A DNA stretch of 39,566 bases from Dehalococcoidia bacterium. GTDB taxonomy: Bacteria; Chloroflexota; Dehalococcoidia; Dehalococcoidales; UBA1222. The stretch covers positions 1 through 39,566 of the forward strand of contig WRNP01000002.1 in the NCBI GenBank assembly GCA_009776515.1, written 5' to 3'. Positions 33,794 to 39,566 of the stretch are shown one piece after another; positions within the stretch are counted from its first letter, which is position 1; every line of letters begins with the position of its first letter. The position numbers and the translations under genes were made by a program. The notes beneath the pieces were generated by a model. That model searched no databases. It worked only from the letters and a program-made list of their open reading frames with translations, and was not told the DNA's origin.

Positions 33794-34870
33794 CTACAGC
33801 GCCCGCAGTACCACCCGCGCCGGAGCACCATCGCCACCAGCAATCTTTAAGGGCAGACAGATAAGCTCATAGTCGCCAGCAGGTACACCGGTAAGGTCTA
33901 CCCCTTCCACCACCACCACATTGGCCGTAAGTAGTATACGGTGGACAGGATAGGTCTGGGTATCACAACCATCCACCGATAAGCTGTCCACGGCAACGAG
34001 CAAGATGCCGCGCGCAACCAGATATTGAGCAGCCTCCGGCGTAAGATGAACACCATCGCCTTGGGTCCCCCGTTGCGCCCGCGACCCCGAGCCCCCCCTA
34101 CCGATAAGAAGGCGGGTAACCCCCTCAAGCTCCAGGCTCTCCAGCATCGAGCGGTCAATGATCCGAGTGTCCTCCAACTGGCAAACGCGTGCCATCCCCA
34201 TAAGCTTAGTTAATTCCAGGCAATCTACCCCCGATGCTCCTGGGATGAGATGTGCCGGACCATCCACATGGCTACCAGTATGGGCACTCAAAGTAAGCGT
34301 GGTCTGCTTGGCGATACCCTCTTGCTCACGCCTCACAAAGGAGACCTCGCCGTCACCAGGCCACACCGGCATGCCGGGGGCAATGGCTCCGCTTAGGTCA
34401 TAGATACGTTGCCGCTGGACAAGCATAGCCGTTTCAATGGCTGCGACCTCTGCCAGACGGCGTGCGTGGCGGCCATTATCAAATGGGGTCTCCAGCCAAG
34501 TACGGACTATTTCTTCCGCCAAACGATGTCCAATGAACCAACCACCTAGCACCAGCACGTTGGCGTCATTATGAGCGCGGCTGAGGCGGGCAGTGGAGAC
34601 ATCCCAGCACAAGGCTGCTCGGATACCCGGCACCTTATTCGCCACAATGGCATCGCCTTGCCCCGTGCCACAAAAAACAACGGCGCGCCGGCACTCACCG
34701 GAGACCACTTTCTGAGCAGCCCTCAGGGTATAAGCCGGATAGTCCACCGGCTCAATGCTATAGGTACCTACATCTTCTACCCGAAAGCCCAACTCTTCCA
34801 AGAAAGGCTTTATGTGGTTTTTCAATTCCCAGCCAGCATGGTCACTGGAGACAACGATAGTCTCGCTCAT
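33794..34870 (-). CDS. fusion of ribose-5-phosphate isomerase B (RpiB/LacAB) and a cyclase/arylformamidase-family domain
   Basis: Residues 1-145 carry RpiB motifs (SDHAGWELK, FCGTGQGDAIVANK, NDANVL.LG). Residues ~155-358 carry the cyclase-family motif SAHTGSHVDGPAHL and the family's C-terminal beta-rich region. Confidence 0.8.
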   Translation of the reverse strand: MSETIVVSSDHAGWELKNHIKPFLEELGFRVEDVGTYSIEPVDYPAYTLRAAQKVVSGECRRAVVFCGTGQGDAIVANKVPGIRAALCWDVSTARLSRAHNDANVLVLGGWFIGHRLAEEIVRTWLETPFDNGRHARRLAEVAAIETAMLVQRQRIYDLSGAIAPGMPVWPGDGEVSFVRREQEGIAKQTTLTLSAHTGSHVDGPAHLIPGASGVDCLELTKLMGMARVCQLEDTRIIDRSMLESLELEGVTRLLIGRGGSGSRAQRGTQGDGVHLTPEAAQYLVARGILLVAVDSLSVDGCDTQTYPVHRILLTANVVVVEGVDLTGVPAGDYELICLPLKIAGGDGAPARVVLRAL

Positions 34871-35400
34871 GAAGTTTCCAACCTTTCCGCTATGAGGATA
34901 CTACAGAATGGGTGCCAAGGTAAACAGCGACGACACTTTCTGCGTTACCCTTGGCTGATATTATCTCGTCACACCCACCATCAGGACGCTGCTGACCTAA
35001 CTCATTACAGTACCTTGGGCCATGCATCCTTCGGTTCAAAAGGAGGTAGCCAGATTCTTTTCCAAGTTATCTGAGAACCACTCCGCTCAACTCATTAAAT
35101 GCAGTGAACAACAGACCCCCGTATCTTTGTTGAGACAAACAATCTGATTCATCCGCTCGAGATCAAGAAGTCCGCTAACTCTGAAAGCGAGAGGTGTGAA
35201 AATGCTCCGCCTTAAGCGAGGTTGCTTATACCAAGTTACATGGAATGAAGCGGCTTTTGAATCTATTGTTACGGCTTCTGCACACATGCATATATGCCGC
35301 CACAACATGTTTGGACGGCGGTCCTGCTTAAGCAGTCAAATTTTTATCGTCCGCCTACGGAGCCTTCCCGTGTTTGCCATAATTATAAGCAAATTATATA

Positions 35401-35429
35401 TTGACAATCTAAATTTCTTATCTTATAGT
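35401..35429 (+). promoter_or_regulatory. consensus promoter placing the transcription start at or next to the yezD-like ATG
   Basis: TTGACA (35401-35406), a 17-nt spacer, then TATAGT (35424-35429). The ATG at 35438 lies 8 nt after the -10 element and has no RBS. Confidence 0.55.
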
Positions 35430-35437
35430 TTAAACTG

Positions 35438-35611
35438 ATGGAATCGAACAAACAAACCAAGCCAACGCCAAGCGAACTCAGCCGCGTAGCAGAGAACATC
35501 GAAATTGTGAAACGGGTCGGCTTCGGCGAAGTCCGCGTGCTCATTAAGAATGGGGCCGTCTTCCGCATCCTCACCACAGTGGATAAATTGATGGAAGAGA
35601 CCAAGGCTTAA
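35438..35611 (+). CDS. YezD/DUF2292-family small protein (57 aa)
   Basis: It falls below the ORF-track size cutoff. The sequence MESNKQTKPTPSELSRVAENIEIVKRVGFGEVRVLIKNGAVFRILTTVDKLMEETKA matches the F-G-x-V-x-(I/V)-x-x-x-x-G family pattern. Confidence 0.6.
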   Translation: MESNKQTKPTPSELSRVAENIEIVKRVGFGEVRVLIKNGAVFRILTTVDKLMEETKA

Positions 35612-35757
35612 CAGTCGCGTTTTTTCCTAACCCTAACGGTCAGACCGAGCAGGGTGCCCAAATGTTGGGAACCCCATTTTATTGTTAGAGGAGGTAACCA
35701 CCAAGAAAACATCGCGCCATGGAAAACATTGAAAGAAAAAACACAAAGGAGCAACAG

Positions 35758-36483
35758 ATGACCAAAAAAACCAAGGGGAAAGAGGGGCAGCTCTCCCGCC
35801 GGGAGTTTCTGCGGGATGCCGGACTGGTAGTAGGCGGAGCAACCGCCGTTGCCATGCCACTCCTCGCTGCCTGTGATAGCCCTACCACGGCCACAACCAC
35901 GGCCACGGCTACCACAACTGTAACTGTGACCACTGCACCCATTACGACTGTCACCACAATACCCACTACGACCGTGACTGTAACCGCCCCGCCCACTGTT
36001 GACCCGCCGGCTACCGCCTCGGCAATCAGCACCATTGAGCTCACCGTGAACGGCTTAAAACGTTTGGTTCAAATCGAGCCGCACCAAACATTGGCCGATA
36101 TGCTACGGGATACTCTAGGCCTCACAGGGACCAAGGTGGGATGCGACCGAGGTGCCTGCGGTGCCTGCACGGTGCTCGTCAACGGTAAGCCCGTGCTTGC
36201 CTGCATGATGCTAGCCATTGAGGCGGGCGAAACGAGCGTCACCACCATTGAAGGGCTCGCCGTAAAGGGAGAGCTCAGCCCCCTGCAGCAAGCCGTCTAC
36301 GACCATACAGGTTACCAATGCGGTTTCTGCACCCCAGGCCTCATTATGGAGGCCACCGCCCTTTTGGCTGAAAAGCCCCAGCCAACCATGGAGGAGATGA
36401 AAGCCGCTTTCGGCGGGCACATCTGCCGCTGCGGGGCCTATTACTCATTCATGGAATCCGTTACCCTAGCAGGAGGTAAATAG
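35758..36483 (+). CDS. [2Fe-2S]-binding small subunit of a xanthine-dehydrogenase-family molybdoenzyme, with Tat signal, lipobox and Thr-rich linker (PaoA-like)
   Basis: ATG 35758 lies 6 nt after AAGGAG. It has the Tat motif SRREFLRDAG and the lipobox LLAAC. A ~47-aa T/V/A/P linker follows, then CDRGACGACTV and CGFCTPG/CRCG cluster motifs. Confidence 0.85.
   Translation: MTKKTKGKEGQLSRREFLRDAGLVVGGATAVAMPLLAACDSPTTATTTATATTTVTVTTAPITTVTTIPTTTVTVTAPPTVDPPATASAISTIELTVNGLKRLVQIEPHQTLADMLRDTLGLTGTKVGCDRGACGACTVLVNGKPVLACMMLAIEAGETSVTTIEGLAVKGELSPLQQAVYDHTGYQCGFCTPGLIMEATALLAEKPQPTMEEMKAAFGGHICRCGAYYSFMESVTLAGGK
35878..36018 (+). repeat. low-complexity Thr-rich linker coding region (ACN/GTN codon repeats)
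   Basis: It encodes SPTTATTTATATTTVTVTTAPITTVTTIPTTTVTVTAPPTVDPPATA. It also creates the spurious mirror ORF on the minus strand. Confidence 0.8.
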
Positions 36484-36485
36484 CT

Positions 36486-38711
36486 ATGCCTGACGAATTG
36501 TCTGTTATCGGCAAAGCTCTGCCGCGTCCAGGCGCGTTGCCAATCGTGAACGGCACGGCCGTCTATGTGCGTGATCTCAAGATGCCCGGCATGCTACGCA
36601 CTCACATCCTACGCAGTCCCCATGCCCACGCCAATATTAAGAGCATTGATACTACGGCGGCGGAACAGTATCCCGGCGTGGCCGCAGTCCTTACCTACAA
36701 AAATCTCCCCTCCGAATGGCCCGCCGGTTATGGCTCAGGCAACCACATCCGTATACTGAACGAGAAAGTTCGCTTCGTGGGTGACCCCGTTGCCGTTGTG
36801 GCTGCGGAGACCCAAGCGCAGGCTGAAGCGGCCATCGCCTTAATCAAAGTAGAATACGAAGAGTTGCCAGCAGTGTTCACCATTGAAGATGCCCTCAGGC
36901 CCGGTGCGCCCGTACTGCATGAAGCCTACCCCAGCAACACCCTCCCAGAGGCTCCCTATGAGTACGGTGATGTGGATGCCGCTTTTGCTCAACCAGACGT
37001 AGTGACTGTGGAAGCTACCTCCAGTTTCATCGCTGAGATCCCCTCGGTAGGCTATATTGAAGACTGCGGCACCATCGCCTGGTGGGAAGATGACCGGGTA
37101 ATCGTCATCCGCACCACCCAAAACAGCCCCACTACCTTATCCAAGATTGCCCAATTCACAGGTCTTCCCGTGACCAAGATGCGGGTCATGTCGCCGCGCT
37201 TCGTCGGCGGCAGCAGCAATATCAAAGAAAACGCCCTCAAGGATCTGGAGTTTGCCGTCACCCTCTCCAAACTCGCGGGGCGTCCGGTGGGGGTCTTCCT
37301 CTCCAAAGAGGAGTCCTTCCTGCAGTACCACAAAGAGCGTATGAGCATCAGCTACAAGTTCGGTCTTAAGCCAGACGGCACGCTGGTAGCCGTTGACGGC
37401 GCGGCCTCTGGTGAGGGTGCCGCTTACAATTACACCGCCAGTGCGAACGCAGCTGCGACCCATCTGTGCTATGTGGCATATTTCCCCAACCTGCGCTTCA
37501 GCCAGCTGAACTCCGTCTTCACCAACAACCCGCCTGGGGGCGGCTGTCGGGGGTACATATATCAGGAAGCAGAGTGGACCGCCATGCACGCCCTCCAGCA
37601 GGCCATGGAGACCATCGATATAGACCCCTACGAGTTCTACATGAAGAACACCCTTAAACTGGGAACTCTATACTACTATAACAAATGGCTCACCTGCGAC
37701 TGCGACCCGATCACCATCGCCGCAGCAAAGGCCGCCACAGCTTTCGACTGGAAAGACAAATGGCAGGGCTGGCAGAAGCCGAGCTCCGTAGCCGGACACA
37801 AAGTGCGCGGGGTGGGGATCGGCTGGGGCGGCAACGGTTGCGGCAACTTCACCTCATATACCGCCACGGTGGCCCTCAGCAACAACGGCACCGTGAGCAT
37901 CACCCCCTCAGAAGATGAGTTCGGCAACGGCAACCGCACCAATCCCTGGCGTCAAGCCGCCGAGGTACTCAAGATCCCCCTTGACAGCGTGAAAGGTCCG
38001 CCCGCTGATACCGATGCCCAGCCCTTTTACGCCTGGCAAACAGCCTGCGGCACTTTCTCCATCGGCCGGGCTATCAAGCGCGCTGCCGAGGATGTCCGCC
38101 GCCAACTACTGGAAATGGCCGCCCCCACACTGGGGGTCAAAGCCGAAGAGCTGGACACCAAGGACCGCATTGTTTATGTAAAGGCCAATCCGACACAGAC
38201 GCTGACCTGGAGCCAAATCATCCCCAGCCAGACCTCAATCGTAGGAACTGGCACCAACATCGCCGAGCAGGGACGCTTCCCGGAAATCATCTGCGCATTC
38301 GCGGAAGTGGAGATCGACACCGAAACAGGCGACTACGAACTCGTCAATGCTGTCCTTGCCACAGATGTGGGCCAGATCGTAAGCCCGCAGGACTGTGAGC
38401 AGCAGATGATCTGGAGCTTAGTAATGGACGGCACGCGGGAAGCCTATGTGCAGGACAAGGCTACCGGACGCGTGCTGAACCCAAATTACCTCGACTGCAA
38501 AAGCCGCACCTTCGCTGACCTGCCAAACTTCGAGTCCATCATCACCGAGACGCCCGTTGTGGATGCACCCTACGGGGCCAAATCCCTCGCCGAGTGCATC
38601 GGGGTACCGCTCACTCCAGCCATCACCATGGCCATCTATAACGCCACCGGCAAGTTGATGGACCTCCCCATCGGGCCTGACAAAATTCTGGCTGCGCTGG
38701 GCAAGGCATAG
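36486..38711 (+). CDS. molybdopterin-binding large subunit of a xanthine-dehydrogenase/aldehyde-oxidoreductase-family enzyme (PaoC-like)
   Basis: 741 aa with family features throughout. The C-terminal catalytic region is PYGAKSLAECIGVP. The usual GGGFGGKE loop appears here as VGGSSNIKE, by by-eye alignment. Confidence 0.85.
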   Translation: MPDELSVIGKALPRPGALPIVNGTAVYVRDLKMPGMLRTHILRSPHAHANIKSIDTTAAEQYPGVAAVLTYKNLPSEWPAGYGSGNHIRILNEKVRFVGDPVAVVAAETQAQAEAAIALIKVEYEELPAVFTIEDALRPGAPVLHEAYPSNTLPEAPYEYGDVDAAFAQPDVVTVEATSSFIAEIPSVGYIEDCGTIAWWEDDRVIVIRTTQNSPTTLSKIAQFTGLPVTKMRVMSPRFVGGSSNIKENALKDLEFAVTLSKLAGRPVGVFLSKEESFLQYHKERMSISYKFGLKPDGTLVAVDGAASGEGAAYNYTASANAAATHLCYVAYFPNLRFSQLNSVFTNNPPGGGCRGYIYQEAEWTAMHALQQAMETIDIDPYEFYMKNTLKLGTLYYYNKWLTCDCDPITIAAAKAATAFDWKDKWQGWQKPSSVAGHKVRGVGIGWGGNGCGNFTSYTATVALSNNGTVSITPSEDEFGNGNRTNPWRQAAEVLKIPLDSVKGPPADTDAQPFYAWQTACGTFSIGRAIKRAAEDVRRQLLEMAAPTLGVKAEELDTKDRIVYVKANPTQTLTWSQIIPSQTSIVGTGTNIAEQGRFPEIICAFAEVEIDTETGDYELVNAVLATDVGQIVSPQDCEQQMIWSLVMDGTREAYVQDKATGRVLNPNYLDCKSRTFADLPNFESIITETPVVDAPYGAKSLAECIGVPLTPAITMAIYNATGKLMDLPIGPDKILAALGKA

Positions 38712-38721
38712 AGGAGAAAAA

Positions 38722-39566
38722 ATGAAGACATTTGCACATATCAATGCTACCACCGTGAACGAGGCCGCTGCCGCCCTGGGAAGCGGCCAGGCTGCCCTGG
38801 TTGCCGGAGGCACCGACCTGCTGGGCGTATTGAAAGACGCCATCCTGCCCTCATACCCAGATACCTTGGTCAATCTGAAGACGGTGACAGGCCTGGACGA
38901 AATTAAAGAGGAGGGTGGGCTGCTCAAGATCGGTGCCCTGACTAAACTGAGCGATATCGCCAAACATACCGCCATTCAGGAGAAGTACGCTGCCTTAGCT
39001 CAGGCAGCAGGGGCAGTGGGCTCGCCAGATCTCCGCAACATGGGCACCATCGGCGGCAATATTTGTCAGCGGGTGCGCTGCTGGTATTACCGCGCCTCCG
39101 GGAACTACTTCAACTGCTCCAGGAAGAGCGGGAACGGTATCTGTTACGCCCTAACGGGCGACCACCGCTTCCACAGCATCTTCGGTGCCGTGGCGAGTTG
39201 CATGGCAGTCAATCCCTCGGATGTGGCCCCAGCCTTGGTAGCCTTGGGTGCCGACATCGTAACCAACAAGCGTAAACTCTCCGCACCGGATTTCTTCGTA
39301 CCTACGGGTGACGGATGCACCGCCTTGGCCACAGATGAAATAGTGACCGAGATCCAGGTGCCCGCTCTGCCCGCAGCCGCCAAGAGCGCTTTCGTGAAGT
39401 TCGCTTTCAGGAAGTCTATCGACTTCCCAATCGTGAACTGTGCGGCTGTGATCACCCATAGCGGGGGTACAATCAGTAACGCTAGCATCGTACTCAACGC
39501 CGTGGCTGGTGCCCCACGGCGAGCCACTGAGGCCGAAGATTATCTTACCGAAGCCTATTATGGCGG
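38722..39566 (+). CDS. FAD-binding medium subunit (PaoB/HcrB-like, with a 4-Cys insertion), truncated by the window end
   Basis: ATG 38722 follows GAGGAG. LVAGGTDLL and MGTIGGNI motifs are present. The frame is open to the end of the window, so the gene is absent from the ORF track. Confidence 0.85.
   Translation, partial: MKTFAHINATTVNEAAAALGSGQAALVAGGTDLLGVLKDAILPSYPDTLVNLKTVTGLDEIKEEGGLLKIGALTKLSDIAKHTAIQEKYAALAQAAGAVGSPDLRNMGTIGGNICQRVRCWYYRASGNYFNCSRKSGNGICYALTGDHRFHSIFGAVASCMAVNPSDVAPALVALGADIVTNKRKLSAPDFFVPTGDGCTALATDEIVTEIQVPALPAAAKSAFVKFAFRKSIDFPIVNCAAVITHSGGTISNASIVLNAVAGAPRRATEAEDYLTEAYYG

Noticed and set aside
35087-35438. ORFs 35087..35308(-) and 35196..35438(+) in the long spacer upstream of the yezD-like gene.
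   Set aside because: They mutually overlap and have no RBS or family resemblance. The plus-strand ORF runs through the consensus promoter. The region may hold a regulatory RNA, but I could not recognise one.
35685-36044. The 119-aa minus-strand ORF rich in V/T/A repeats.
   Set aside because: It is the mirror image of the Thr-rich linker codons of the plus-strand Tat-lipoprotein gene, so it is an artefact of the low-complexity repeat.
1-39566. A global reassignment of TGA (to Gly or Trp) as the explanation for the in-frame TGAs.
   Set aside because: Several well-defined genes end at TGA with normal-length products, for example acr3 at 2213, the presenilin-like gene at 6133 and the activase at 25003. 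TGA is therefore a normal stop here. Only context-specific recoding or mutation can explain the internal ones.
18035-39566. A link between the island and the molybdenum hydroxylase at 35.7 kb as a selenium-dependent molybdenum hydroxylase system.
   Set aside because: The two are separated by ~9 kb of unrelated, oppositely oriented housekeeping genes (fpg, polA, rpe and others). No yqeB/yqeC/selD-type marker genes are visible. This is speculation without sequence support.

Overview
This is a bacterial chromosomal window of about 45 genes. I found no rRNA or tRNA genes, CRISPR arrays, transposases or integrases. Lineage is a guess: Tat-lipoprotein signals with Thr-rich linkers and many low-potential redox enzymes suggest an anaerobe such as a Chloroflexota-like organism.

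Gene content, in order:
- 1-3.2 kb: an ars operon with an ArsR-ArsC fusion, ACR3 and ArsM.
- 3.3-4.9 kb: an ABC-2 exporter.
- 5.2-7.0 kb: a presenilin-like intramembrane protease and DUF308 membrane proteins.
- 7.1-17.7 kb: housekeeping genes rplU-rpmA, rpmE, DUF1385, hisI, hisA, gatC, gatA, a DksA-like gene, lspA, rluD and gltX, followed by a DUF3795-like/radical-SAM pair (accessory rather than housekeeping).
- 18.0-26.3 kb: an accessory island, described below.
- 27.0-39.6 kb: fpg, polA, a SatP-like channel, an octaheme cytochrome c, rpe, an RpiB-cyclase fusion, a YezD-like small gene, and a Tat-exported PaoABC-like molybdenum hydroxylase that is cut off at the window end.

The main result is the 18.0-26.3 kb island:
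- A divergent DsrE-like gene faces a single plus-strand operon.
- The operon encodes a NitT/TauT-type ABC importer, a 2-hydroxyacyl-CoA-dehydratase/double-cubane-type Fe-S protein with its ATPase activase, a DUF3343 protein, an ArsP/DUF318-like permease and a thioredoxin-fold protein.
- Three of these genes only make sense if an in-frame TGA is decoded.
- Two of the TGAs sit exactly on conserved redox-cysteine positions (UxxC and U-S-C), which points to selenocysteine.
- The island is also rich in vicinal-cysteine motifs.

All calls come from reading the sequence and from remembered family motifs. No searches or RNA folds were run.
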